A DNA stretch of 64,000 bases from Heptranchias perlo (Eukaryota). Below are positions 26,190-39,805 of this stretch, one piece after another (the stretch's first letter is position 1; every line of letters starts with the position of its first letter). The notes under the pieces were generated by a model. That model searched no databases, was not told where the DNA came from, and worked only from the letters and a program-made list of their open reading frames with translations. The DNA lies in contig NC_090338.1 of the NCBI RefSeq assembly GCF_035084215.1, positions 8,866,001-8,930,000 of the forward strand. The letters are read 5' to 3'. The translations under genes were made by a program, and so were the position numbers.

Positions 26190-28682
26190 ATGTCACAATC
26201 AGACAAACATCTTAGCTGGATGCTGAGAAAGCCAGCGATACCAACCATCTTTGTGCTTTGTGTCTGGAATCTGGTTTCCGGGCAGATTCGTTACTCCATT
26301 CCCGAAGAACAAGAGTACGGTGCTTTCGTCGGAAAAATCGCTGAGGATTTGGGATTGAGCGTGGAGGAACTATCACGCCGTAGATTCAGGATTGTTTCTG
26401 ATTCACCAACACAATATTTAGATGTAAATCTAAAGAATGGAATCTTATTTGTGAATAAAAGAATAGACAGGGAACAACTCTGTGGACAGAGCCTTACCTG
26501 TTTACTGCCTTTGGAAGTGGTAATTGAAAATCCCGTCGAACAGTATCGTGCGGAAGTCGAGATTCTGGATATAAATGACAATTCTCCCGCTTTCCCGGTT
26601 AATGAAATCCGTTTGGAAATTCCAGAATTAGCGACACCTGGAGCGCGCTTTTTGTTACAGGACGCGCACGATCCTGACGTGCAAGTCAATTCCATTCGCA
26701 CATACCAGCTAACTCCGAACGACCATTTCGTTTTAGATGTGCAGAGTCGCGGGGAAACAAAATTGCCCGAATTGGTGCTGGAGAAGACGCTCGACCGAGA
26801 AAAACAATCCAGGCACCGGCTATTGCTCACAGCTCTTGACGGCGGATCTCCAGAGAGGACAGGTACTGCTCATGTAATTATTACTGTCTTGGACACTAAT
26901 GATAATGCACCGGTCTTTCAGCAGTCGTTGTACACTGTCAGTCTAATGGAAGATGTGCCATCGGGCACTTTGGTGATTAAACTTAACGCGACTGATTTGG
27001 ATGACGGGTCCAATAGTGACATCGTTTATTCCTTCAGTAGCTACACCAAAGAGAGGGCTCGTGAACTATTTAGCATTAATCCCTTTTCGGGGGAAATCAG
27101 ATTAAAGGGAATATTGGACTTTGAAGAAGCAAGTATTTATGAAATTTATGTGGAAGCTAAGGATAGGGGTTCACACCCAATATCCACGCACTGTACTGTT
27201 CAGGTGACTGTCAAGGATGTGAACGATAACGCTCCTAATGTCACTCTAAATTCTGTTGTTAAAGAAGTACGTGAGGATGCGTCGACTGGAACGTTGATAG
27301 CTTTAATCAATGTGAGAGATAGGGATTCCCATGAAAACGGGTATGTTGATTGCCAGATCTCGCCAAACCTCCCGTTTGTTCTGAAATCGTCCTTTAAGAA
27401 TTCATACAGATTGGTCTCAAATGATCTATTGGACCGGGAAAGTGCTCCTGAATACAAAATAACGGTTACGTGCAAGGACCGCGGGTCTCCTCCACTGACC
27501 ACCAACAAAACCCTAGTTGTACACATTTCAGATATAAACGACAACGCACCTAGCTTCCCGCTGTCTTCATACGCCGTTTATGTAATGGAAAACAATGCGC
27601 CCGGTAGTTCCATTGGGACAGTGACAGCTTTGGACGCTGACATGGACCAAAACTCCCACCTTTCTTACAGTATTCTGGAGAGCCACATGCAGGAGGCGCC
27701 AATGACTTCATATGTCTCCATCAACTCTGAAAATGGTGTCATCTATTCGCAGCGGACATTTGATTACGAGCAACTTAAAAGTTTTCAGATCCACATGCAA
27801 GCTCAAGATGCTGGAGTTCCACTACTTTCCAACAACGTTACCGTGAACGTGATTATCCTCGATCAGAATGACAACCCTCCTGTAATAACATCACCCGGGT
27901 CAATGAACCACAGCAAGATAGCTGTGCCTCGATCTGCAGATCCGGGATACCTGGCGACCAAAATAATTGCTTCCGATGCTGATTCCGGTCAGAATGCACG
28001 GCTTTTCTATCAGATTGCGCGAGCCACTGATCCCAGTCTTTTTACAGTTTCACATAATTCAGGAGAAGTTCGAACTGCTCGTCATTTTAAGAACAGTGAT
28101 GACACCACACAATGGCTCGTTATAAAGGTGAGAGACAATGGACATCCACCCCTCTCTGCCACGGCTACTGTTACGCTTACAGTAGGTGAACAGAACGCAG
28201 AAATTCCGTCAGACTTTGGTGATCCGCCCAAGGATTTACAACAATCTTCTGATTTAGCATTTTATATAATAATTCCTTTGGGGATGATATCATTCACACT
28301 TCTCGTTGTTATACTTGCCCTTGTTTTCGCCATTTGGCCAATTAACAGACGTCCTGCTTATGCTGGGAGTTGCGCCCTTGCTAAATGTTGCTGCGTCAGA
28401 GAGCTGGATTCCAAGGATAGATTACAAAATTCAAACGTCAACCTTCAGATTGTGCCCGATCCTAAAATGGTTGCAAATGTCCTTGAGGTACGAGGGAATG
28501 GATCTCTTTCAGATACATACCACTATAAAGTTCGCTCGGTGCCACAACGAGCTTCAAATGAGCCCATGTTTTTCACACCGTTCAGCCCAGCAACAACAGG
28601 AACTTATGGGAGGAATACCAGAAGAACTGTGTCAGAACGTTGTGGAAAAGTAACCAATAACTGGCCTGATAAAGCCTATGAG
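26190..28682 (+). CDS. Clustered protocadherin variable exon 2 (alpha-C2-like)
   Basis: Uninterrupted frame encoding signal peptide, six EC repeats, TM and cytoplasmic region. Donor GAG|GTGAGT at 28682, phase 0. Confidence 0.95.
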
Positions 28683-30499
28683 GTGAGTAAAATATATATT
28701 GAAGCAAAACAAAAACCTGCATAAAATTACATATTGTGGGAATGCACGGCTGTCGACGAGGATCGGAAACATGAGTTAACGACCAGATGCTGATCTACCT
28801 GTTGTGTTCTTCTAGGGTTTTCTGTGTTAAATTAATAATTCTCGCGTTCGAGGTTTTAGCTTTTACCACAAACCTCAATAATCCATGCTTTATTCTTCCA
28901 ATATAATAGTTTTGATTTGTTTACCAACTTAACTCACTTACAGTTGAAGCAATTTATAGAAATATATTACATTTCGTCATCTCGCAGCAATTGATCATAC
29001 TGTGAATGGTTGGACAAATGAATGAGCTAAGAGAAGTAAGCCAAGAGATAGATTATTTTAATTGGCAGCACTGTGTACAAAACTCATTTCATTAATTCTT
29101 AAGGAAGTAGTGACAAGAAATGTGTAGTAATCTGCAATACTTTTGCAATATCTGGCAATTGTCTATTGCAAACCAAAAGTCTCAAATACTAAGACGAGCC
29201 AACAGCTTGTGTAGTATCCAGCAGATTTGCTTAGTACTAAGGACATCTAAACTGTGGTATTATAATTTTCTAGTAATCCCGTCTTTAAAATAAATATAAT
29301 TGAAAAAAACATCATATCAGCGCTAGCTTCCCCTCTGATGAACTCGTCGTTTCTGGTGTTCCTTATATTAACAGGTGTTCCATGCTGCTGATGAGACACA
29401 ATGATCTGAGGTCTTTTGTTCCTATGAGTTAACTTGAACACCTTATAAATCTTGCTACCCTTTTCATTGCGCCACCAGTTAAATCTATTAAAGTCTTCAA
29501 TCTCTCATTCAAAACTGATGCCAACTCCTACTCTGTTTTCTCAGCTTATGACCTTTGTAACCTCGGTGGTACCTATCTCTGACAGAATACACCGAAATCA
29601 ATCATTTTCTGAAAATAAAACCAGTCTTATTTGACACTATAAATCATCTGGCTGCGTTGGTCTTCAAGATTTATTTCCTCTATTTCCATGGTCCGCCTTT
29701 GTTTTTACTTTTCTACTTCCTGTCAGTGGATCTTAGGTCAATATTTCCTATTTATCGATCTTTTGAACATTCTATGTATCACGCCTACCGTCTTTGGTAA
29801 GCATTCTGTGTACGAAACCGGCAACTTAATCAGTATGAAGCATCTCAAGCCAACTTCATCCTGACTGGTAACTTCTGTAAGTTCACTATTGGAGTGCTCG
29901 GCCTTTATTCAAAGGAAATGCACAAGTGGCTTTCTTCCTGTCCCTCCAACATTCATTCCTTTCAACGAAAGCTGCGTCAAATTATACCATACCTGTTTTC
30001 CCCCAATTGAGATCAACACAGACCAGGGATCGAACCTGGCACCTTCTTGATCTGTACAGCTGACCTAAGCTCTATGTTAACCAAATCAGTTACCAAGGGA
30101 CCCGTTAATCTTTCATACGGACGTTTCATTTTCTAGGTTTCCTAAAATGAAAGTTGATCTTTCATTACTTTCCCTCCCCTTTTTCGAATGTTGGTAATGT
30201 AGGTAAAGACATTTCATCAATTGTTTCTTTCTATCGTAGCACTGTGATCCACATCACATTTTGCCCTGCCAAGCCTATTGGATCATCAACCCCCTGTTGT
30301 CCATAAGGCTTCTGGACCTGATGGCATCCTTTATGTTGTAGTAATGAAATGTGTATTTTAACTTGCCCAGTCCCATACCATTTCTTCCATCTTTCATTCT
30401 CAGTCCATATTCCTGTGTTGGTTCTTTTATACATTCTATGTATGACACCTACCGTCTAGCAAGCATGTTGTGCATGTGGAGGAGGCATAATCTTAACAT

Positions 30500-30760
30500 T
30501 TAGCCATTTAGGAAGAAAATCAGGAAGCACGCTTTCATACAAAGGATATTAGAAGTCTGAAATTCTCTCCCTCAAAAGGCTGTGGATGCTGGGACAAATT
30601 GAATTTTCAAGGCTGAAATCTATAGTTTTTTGGCATGGTATCAAGGGATATAGAACTAAGGTTGGTAACTGAAATTGAGGTACATATCAGCCGTAGTCTA
30701 CTTGAATCGCAGAGCAGGCTTGAGGGACTGATGGCCTGCTCCTGTTCCTATGCCCCTATG
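30500..30760 (+). mobile_element. CR1 LINE 3' end
   Basis: CTCCCTCAAAAGGCTGTGGATGCTG...GATGGCCTGCTCCTGTTCCTATG, similar to 39625 and 52160. Confidence 0.7.
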
Positions 30761-31141
30761 TGCTTTCTCGGTAGACACTTGCTTATGCCGTCCTTTTTGC
30801 TAAGCAGGGTAATCACACTTCCCCTTCCAACGAGTGCTTGCGTATATAATTTCAAGTTAAAATGCTTGTCTTATATCTCAAACTATGGACCAAATTAATG
30901 AACTGACCCAATTCGTAATTGCTAGTGTTTTGGCTGGGGTGTATCAATTAATGATGTTGCGCACTTCAGATTTCTTTCTTACTCCTTCCAATTCATATGG
31001 CATAACTTTGAATATCTCCAAAAGCTGTGAATATTTTTCGATCTGCCCAATAATTTTACTAGGTCCCTTTATCTCTTCCTAGCTGTTGCTTTTATAAATC
31101 AAGAAAAACTCCAGTCAGTCATTGATTCGCACCCTTGTTTC

Positions 31142-32255
31142 GTGTCAGCCTTGGCTCAGTTGTAGCATTCTAGCCTCGGAGTCAGAAGGTTGCAGCTTCA
31201 AGTCACAAAATAGAGACTTTTTGTATTCGTTCATGGGATGTGGACATCGCTGGCAAGGCCAGCATTTATTGCCCATCCCTAATTGCCCTTGAGAAGGTGG
31301 TGGTGAGCCGCCTTCTTGAACCGTTGCAGTCCGTGTGGTGAAAGTTCTCCCAAAGTGCTGTTAGGTAGGGCGTTCCAGGATTTTGACCCAGCGACAATGA
31401 AGGAACGGCGATATATTTCCAAGTCGGGATGGTGTGTGACTTGGAGAGGAACGTGCAGGTGATGTTGTTCCCATGTGCCTGCTGCCCTTGTCCTTCTAGG
31501 TGGTAGCGGTCGAGAGTTTGGGAGTTGCTGTCGAAGAAGCCTTGGCGAATTGTGGCAATGGATCTTGTGGATGATACACACTGCAGCCACGGTGCACCGG
31601 TGGTGAAGTGAGTGAATTTTTAGGGTGGTGGATGGGGCGCCAATCAAGCGGGCTGCTTTGTCCTGGATGGTGTCGAGCTTCTTGAGTATTGTTGGAGCTC
31701 CACTCATCCAGGTAAGTAGAGAGTATTCCATCACACTCCTGACATGTGCTTTGTAGGTGGTGGAAAGGCTTTAGGGAGTCAGGAGGTGAGTCACTCGCTA
31801 CAGAATGCCCAGCCTCTTACCTGCTCTTGTAGCCACAGTATTTATGTTCCTGGTCCAGTTAAGTTTCTGAGCACATAATCTAGGCCAACACGCCAGTGCA
31901 GTAGTGAGGAAGTGCACCATTTTCTGAGGTGTCATCCTTCGGATGAGACGGTAAATCCTGGCTCTGTCTGCCCATTCAGGTACTTATAAAAGATCCAACG
32001 GCACTATTCGACTTAGAGCATGGAGATTGGTCCCAGTGTCCTGAACAATATGTATTCCTCAGCCAACATAATTAAAACTGATTATCTGGTCATTTATCTC
32101 ATTGTTGTTTATGCGATCTTATTATGCTCAAATTGGGAGCCGCCTTTCTTACATTACAACAGCCACTACACTTCAAAAGTACTCCATTTGCTGTAACACG
32201 CTTCGAGACGTCCTGAGTTCGTGAGAAGCGCTTTATAAATGCAAGTCTTTCTTTC
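31142..32255 (+). mobile_element. Full DeuSINE (SacSINE1-like) split by a LINE: head 31142-31219, body 31869-32255
   Basis: Head and body join seamlessly when compared with the intact copy at 56022-56490. Confidence 0.8.
31220..31869 (-). mobile_element. 5'-truncated Jockey-group LINE 3' end nested in the SINE
   Basis: Highly similar to 1781-2425. ORF 31279-31734(-) reads MEYSLLTWM...RFKKAAHHHLLKG. Confidence 0.9.
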
Positions 32256-33084
32256 CTGTCCATTTATTGGGAACATAAGCAAGTATATGGCAAGAAAAGA
32301 ATTTAAACTCCACCTGCTGGTCCGAAGGCAAGAACATCACTTGCCGAACATCCATGCCAACACACGGCTGGAAATTATTCATTCATTTTAGTTTATAATT
32401 TGAGATTGAACAGCAGCTTATTTGGCCTCTGTTGATTATTTCACTCTATATTCATCAACTTTCTGCCTATCGCACAGGACATAGAAGGTTCTTCTCTTCT
32501 GTAGTATTTTTGAAACACAAATTTTGGTTTGCTGCTTAACCCGTGTATAGAATAGTAGAAATGATACCTAATTTAGTTCTGGAAAGATATAGTTTATCGA
32601 TAGCGCTCATGTCCAACAATTGTTACTGTCTCATAGCTTTGATAATATTTTTAGTTCTTGTTTCAGTCATATTCTTACCATTTGCTTTAACGTCATATAG
32701 AACTCACACATCAGCTCTATTGGTAAAGCTAACCCTAAGGATATATATTTCTCCTTGTTGCTGAACATTTATTTATCTTCACCAACGTTTACACTGTTTA
32801 AAGCCCAAATCCGTCCAAGACCTGAACACTGCGCTTGAATCCACCTCCAGTGCCTTTAATCCGACCTTGCTCTTCCTCAGTTTTTTTCTCTTTTTCTATT
32901 TTATAGATTCCAGCTGGTGACCCGTAGCATTGCACGTGGAGAGTCAAAATAGAGTGTAGTCTTCCTGTGAAGCCGAGCCAGAGAGACGCAGTCATAACTC
33001 GGTCAAAATCAAAGGTGCTATAGCGCATCATTCGTAGGGAGTGCAAACACAGCATCACATAGTTCACATAGGCAGCTTTTGTTA

Positions 33085-33290
33085 TAAATCATAGAATCAT
33101 CGAACCATACAGCATTCGGCTCATCATCTTTGAAAGAGCTGTCCAATTAGTCCCACTCCTTTGCTCGTTCCCCATAGCCCTGCGAATATTTCCTTTCCAA
33201 GTATATATCTAATTCCCTTTTGAAAGTTATTATTGAATCTGCTTCCATCATCCTTTCAGACAATGCATTTCAGATCATAACAATTCGCTC
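33085..33290 (-). mobile_element. CR1 3' end fragment
   Basis: Antisense tail ATCATAGAATC...TTTGAAAGAGCTGTCCAATTAG, as at 1321 and 5292. Confidence 0.75.
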
Positions 33291-35734
33291 CAGAAAACAA
33301 ATCCTCATTATTGCACATGTGAATTTATACTGGGAAAAAGTTGATACAAAAATTGTGAAAATGTGACAATAGGAATTAAGTTTTACAAATAATAAGTGTG
33401 TACAAATGGAATAGTGTTAATATATTATAGATTTGATTTTGCATTATTATTTATACTTAAATAGTAAAACTTACAACAATTTCGGAAGCATAGAAGTAGA
33501 ATTACTTCCAGCACAGGAGTGTCTCTGTATTTAGGCTGAGGAGTTGGAAGACAGAATACAAATGCTACAAAGTCATCACTGACAGGAAGGTTTAATTGCA
33601 GCATTGTAAATTACACAATTCTCCATCGTAAATGTCGACATAACAATTTAATAGGAAGAAGTTGACTCAAAAATGTTACATAAAACGTGACAACCAGAAG
33701 TAAGAATTTCTAGACAAGAAGTGCCCGCAAAAATAGATAATTCTAATCTATTTTAGAGATAGATTAATATCTGGTCTACAACAAACTAGTTAGCCATTTA
33801 GACAATTGCAAATAATGTGTCGCTGGCTTTTCTTATTGTGAGCTGTTATATCACATTGATAACCAACTATTAAATAAGAAATACATGGTGTCAAAGTAGA
33901 ACCAACTGAGTTTGTTCAGATTGAGTTCTAGTTAACAGAATTAGACAATCAATAACTGTCTACACAACAATTGAACAGTGCTCAATTGTGGAAATCCTAA
34001 GAACTGCTAACTATTTGCTACTCCATTTCTTCAGTAATTTGAAACAGACTTGGACTTTTAACATTCATGTACCTGACATACGTTTGTAAAACTGTGTGCC
34101 AAAACTCTTCTTGTACGTCAAAAGGAATTAAATGTACATTCAGGAGAAAGCTATTTGTCTCTCAAGCTGCCAGGTTGGTATGCTCACTGACAATTCAGTT
34201 AAGTAAAATCTGTGCTTTCTGAGCTTTCTCGATATGTTTTTTTATGCACTTAAAAGTCTGATCACCCAAGATTGATTGCATCTTCATCCTCTTTGTGTTT
34301 ATTTGGGCTAAATAATTATACAAAACTAGTTGATTTCCTGTGGCTTTGCTCATGGGGATTTCAGACCAAGTGTGTTTTTCTGTAAAATTGGGAGTGAGGC
34401 GAGGCAACAATTGCACCCAGATTTACAGATATATTTCAGTCCCGATTTTAAAGCCGTACAAACTGTTCTTATTTTAAAATAACGCATTGATTTTATTTTA
34501 TTATTTGTGTTTAGCATAGCAACGTTTAGGCAAATTTTGAAAGCAGGGAAATAGGAGTGTTTGGAGCATTGAGGTTTATCTACTGAACTGGCTCAGGAGC
34601 TGGGAGATGCAAAAGTGAACTACTGTAGCACCACCTCAGGAGGGAGAGTGTAATGATAACGTGACAAGTTTTCATAGGTAATTTTCATTGTAAAATGTGA
34701 ATGTAGGAAATTATAATGGAAAAATATGACACAGAAGTGTTCGCCATAAACGTTGCAGGAAGTAATATTTTCTTGACAAGAAATACATATGTCATAAGAT
34801 TTTAAAATATATTATAGATGTCACTATACTTTCGATTACTTTTTGAAAAAAATCATTTTGCTAAAATATTTAAGGCTTCTCTTTTTCTAAAGCTACTGTT
34901 ATATCCTTGAGCTTGTTGATAATACTATAAGGATCGATTAAGGCACATTTGTTCCACAACACTAATATGACGGCTTAACCATGAACGACCCCTTACTATT
35001 GAATAGAAACTAGATAAGTCAATTAACTAGAACTATTAATTTTGTATCCCAACTGGTGCAACAGAACAGGTAAAATAGAAGTGGAGCAGTTTTAACAACA
35101 ATTCACCCGCCTAGACAGATATGCCTGAACCACATTTATGCAAAATTGTTTATCTTTCAAAGCAACCCTATCACTGCTTGAACAGCGTGAAACATTACAG
35201 CGTCAATTCTCTAATGCCTCGTGCAACCTTCAGGAAGACAGGTTTACATTGTACTGTTGACCCACACGAAGATGTATCTAACCACAGCCAGAAGCAAAAG
35301 GTCAAATCTTATTTCAGCAGATTAATCATTTGAAAGACCCTCGAATATCAAATCAAGTTTAATGTTCACTTCGAGCAAGAGTGAAGAACTGTGACAAAGT
35401 TTAAATGGGCGATTTTGTCCGGTGATGAAATTTACTCTACATTTCAATTAATGTTATTTTAAATCAGGGACATAATGTTTTTGCTTAATTGGAATTTTTA
35501 CAACGAGGTAAGTTCTAAGATATTTTATATAAGTCTGATAAAAAAATTTGAATCCTGCTTCCAAATGGCACTGCAGACAAACAGTTGTTTGTTTCTTGTG
35601 GCGTCGATAAACGCGAACTTCTCCGGCATACCGATCAAAGAATTTCATTTGCTGATTGCATTCTGAACCTGTAGGGATAATGTCCAGAAACTTGTAATTT
35701 TGATATTTTCAGTGAAGTTCAGCTTTAATATTTT

Positions 35735-35840
35735 CTCAGTGCAGTTATAGGCTGAGACTCTTTGTGTCGCTGTCTACCAATAAGGAGATGTAATACAGCT
35801 GGAGATCCACCACCCATCCCCCAACACCGGGGAAAGGAAG
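35735..35840 (+). promoter_or_regulatory. cPcdh promoter 3 (CSE, CGCT at 35768)
   Basis: CTCAGTGCAGTTATAGGCTGAGACTCTTTGTGTCGCTGTCTACCAAT...GATCCACCACCCATCCCCC. Confidence 0.9.
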
Positions 35841-35996
35841 CAGAAAGAATGATGGCGTTTATACGAACGCCTTCTCCTCAGAAGATGCTTTCGTTTTTCA
35901 GGTCATTCCCCACATTGAATGATTTACTTGGGATGTGATGCAGAACGTGAAGCAAAAGAATTTTTGAGGTTTGAAACAATCTTCCATGCAAAAGAA

Positions 35997-38459
35997 ATGA
36001 CACAATCGAGCAGTCTCTGGGTGCTGAGAAAACCAGCGATATCATCCATCTTTCTGCTTTGTGCCTGGAATCTGGTTTCCGGACAGATTCGTTACTCCAT
36101 TCCCGAAGAACTAGAACACGGTGCTTTTGTCGGAAAAATCGCAAAAGATTTGGGTTTGGACGTGGAGGAACTATCACGCCGTAGATTCAGAATCGTATCT
36201 GCATCGTCAATACAATATTTGGATGCAAATCGCATGAATGGAATTTTATTTGTGAATAAGAGAATAGACAGGGAACAACTCTGTGGGCACAGTCTTACCT
36301 GTTTACTGGCTTTGGAAGTGATAGTTGAAAATCCCGTGGAGCAGTACCGTGTGGAAGTTGAGATTCTAGATGTAAACGATAACTCTCCGAGTTTTCCGAA
36401 TAGTGAAATTCATTTGGAAATTGCAGAATCAGCGATGCCTGGAGCGCGTTTCCTCTTAGAGCGCGCACACGATTCTGACCGAGGAAACAATTCTATCCGC
36501 ACATATCAGCTCACTGCAAATGAACATTTTACTTTAGATATACAGACTCGTGGAAAATGGAAATTACCCGAGTTAGTGCTGGAGAACTTCCTCGACCGGG
36601 AAAAACAATCAAGGCACCGTTTATCAATAACAGCGCTTGACGGTGGAACTCCAGAGAGGTCAGGTACTGCACACATAACTATTATTATCTTGGACACAAA
36701 TGATAATGCTCCTGTTTTCCAGCAATCGTTGTACACTGTCAGTTTAATGGAAGATGTGCCACCGGACACTTTGGTGATTAAACTTAACGCGACTGATTTG
36801 GATGAGGGGCCTAATGGTGAGATAGTTTATTCTTTTAGTAGTTACAATGAGGAAGGAATATCTGAAATGTTTAGGATTAATCCCATATCCGGCGAGATCC
36901 AAGTAAAGGGAGTATTGGATTTTGAGAAAGCGAATGTTTATGAGATTGATGTGGAAGCTAAGGACAGAAGTGCACAACCTTTATCTACACACTGTAACAT
37001 CCGAGTGGAGATCAAAGATGTCAATGACAATGCTCCTGATTTGATTGTAAACTCAATTTACGGTACAATCAGTGAGGACGTTCCGACTGGGACTGTGATA
37101 GCTTTGATCAGTGTATCAGACCGGGATTCTAATAGAAACGGATATACCGATTGCTCGATCTCTCCAAATGCTCCCTTTGATCTAAAATCTTCCTTTAGAA
37201 ATTCATACAGACTCGTCACCAATGCTGTACTGGACCGGGAAAGCGCTCCTCAATATAAAATAACTATCACATGTAAGGACCGTGGATCCCTTCCATTATC
37301 CACGAAAAAAACTGTCGTTGTGCATATTTCAGATATAAATGACAATGCGCCACGCTTTACACAAACTTCATACACAGCCTATGTGACGGAAAACAATGCG
37401 CCTGGCAGTTCTATTGGATCGGTGACAGCTTTAGATCCTGACATGGACCGAAATTCACAACTTTCTTACACTATTGTGGAGAACCAGGTTCAAGCAGTAC
37501 CGGTGTCTTCATATGTCTATATCAACCCGGATAATGGCACTATCTATTCGAAGCGGCAATTTGATTACGAGCATCTTAAAAGTTTTCAGTTCCACGTTCG
37601 AGCTCAAGATGCTGGATCACCATCACTTTCGAGCAATGTTGCTGTGAATGTGATTGTCCTCGATCAAAATGACAATCCTCCTGTTATAATATTACCTGGA
37701 TCAAAAAACCATACCAATTCAAATGTGCCTCGATCTGCAGATCCTGGATATTTGGCAACAAAGATCATTGCTTCGGATGTTGATACTGGTCAGAATGCAC
37801 GACTTTTCTATCAGGTTATACAATCCAGTGACCCAGGCCTTTTTACAGTTTCACATAATTCAGGAGAAGTAAGAAGTGTTCGGCGATTTAAAGATAGCGA
37901 CGCCACCATACAAAGGCTAATTATCCAGGTGAAAGACAACGGACATCCAGCCCTTTCTGCCACGACGACTGTTACGCTGACAATAGTCGAAGAGAACGCA
38001 GACATTCTACCGGACTTTAGTGAGCCGCACCAGGATTTACAAGACTCGCAGAGATTAACCTTTTACGTAATAATTTCTTTGGGCGCAACATCGTTTATTC
38101 TGCTAGTGGTTATAATTGTCCTTGTTGTCGCAATTTGCCCAACGGGCAGAGGCCCTGCTTCTGGGCAGGTTTGCTCTCTTGCTAATTGTTGCTGCACCAG
38201 AGAATCGGAATATCGGAATTCAAATGTCAATCTTCAAATTGTGCCGGATTCCCAGTTCATTCCAAATATTCTCGAGGTTCGTGGAAATGGATCCCTTTCA
38301 GAAACCTACCGTTATAAAATTCGATCGGCACCGGAGCCGGGTGAAATGTTTTTCACTCCATTCAGCCCGCAAATGTCGGCAACTATTGGAAAGAACATTA
38401 GCTATGTGTCGCAGCAGACTGGGAAGCCGAAAAGCAACTGGCCCGATGTACCCAATGAG
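35997..38459 (+). CDS. Clustered protocadherin variable exon 3 (alpha-C2-like)
   Basis: Same architecture as exons 1-2. Start context TGCAAAAGAAATG is shared with paralogs (upstream in-frame ATG at 35919). Donor GAG|GTGAGT at 38459. Confidence 0.95.
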
Positions 38460-38494
38460 GTGAGTAGTGTAGACACAAGAGATCACCTCAATGG

Positions 38495-38625
38495 TAAAAC
38501 AAAAAATGCTGGAAAAGCAAAGCTAACCCGCTGGCACAGACAGAAGCACACTGTAACTTTCACAAACCGATCTACCTTTGTGCACTTCCAGCATTTTCTG
38601 TATTTATTTCATATTTCCAGCATTT
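38495..38625. repeat. PLE-derived inverted repeat downstream of donor 3
   Basis: AAAATGCTGGAA (38503-38514) and TTCCAGCATTTT (38586-38597) form a perfect 12-bp stem that extends imperfectly. Confidence 0.75.
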
Positions 38626-39624
38626 GAGTTCTTTTTTAAGCAAATCTCTAGAAATATCATAATCGTATCTGCCAAAATGGATGATTTGCTTTTATTACAA
38701 AATATACTGATTTCACTTGATGTAATCTACCAATATGTAATACGTTAACATTACTCCATTTTGTAATAAGTGAAATTAAAGTGAAACTTTCGGAACCTGT
38801 ATGAGTAAAACGAAGTGGGCAAGGGAAAGTTGATGTTGCACCATTAACGGTTCCGTCTTTCTGATTTATTTTTATATGATACAATAGTTGTTCTTTTCTG
38901 GAACTGGAGCTATACCAGCGGAATATAACAAATATTGTGTAGCTTACACAACACGCAGCATTACTAAGGTTTTTATTTCGCACATGAGCCCAAAAATCAG
39001 AGAGCTGAAGGGGAGCACAGAATGTTTAGAACTCTTTCAGTCCTTCGTGTCATACACTAATGGAAACGCATCTAATACATGTAACGATTACCTGTATGAT
39101 TACACAGCAGGGGGTTCAACGCATTTAGTTACCCAGAGAGACGGTTGTTCAGTTATTTCATCTCTTGGCATTACAATTACTTGGGCAATCGACCATGAAC
39201 ACAAATCTGCCTGTGACGTATAAAATGACAACCCTCGACTCTTTAGGTTTCGCTTCTTTTCAAGCTGTCATTGGGAAATTTGATAGGACTGGACGTTTCT
39301 TTCATGCACTGAACTTTCCGAAATTTGCTATACACATTTTGACCCGGAGCAACACCTGCAGACATCCACGCAGCAAGGCTTCTTTGATTGTAAAATTTCC
39401 TACTGTTCAGGCCATCTTGCAGCTTACAGCGAAGGGTTGTCCCTCGTTAGAGCTGATGGCTGCCAAAAGTTGCTCAACAATGACAACATTCCTGTTATAA
39501 TTCAATGAACTCCTTGCTTTCTGGTTGTTTGCAAGAAGTTAGCCGTTCCGTTGTCTATGAGAATCAAAATGTGCCTAAATGTGTCATTCTTGAAAACAAC
39601 ATGCAGTGAGTCAGAGAGTTTCGC

Positions 39625-39805
39625 TAGTGTGTGTTAGGAACTCGCTCCCCCAAAAGGCCGTGGATGCTGAGATCGATCCATATTTGCTAGGTAATGGCAT
39701 CAAGGGATATTGAGCATAGACGCAGTTGGGGAGCAGATCAGCCATGGTCTATTTCAATGGCCGAACAGGCTCGAGGGCTTCCTCCTCTTCCTGTGTTCCT
39801 GTAAT
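39625..39805 (+). mobile_element. CR1 3' end fragment
   Basis: Similar to the copies at 30500 and 52160. Confidence 0.6.
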
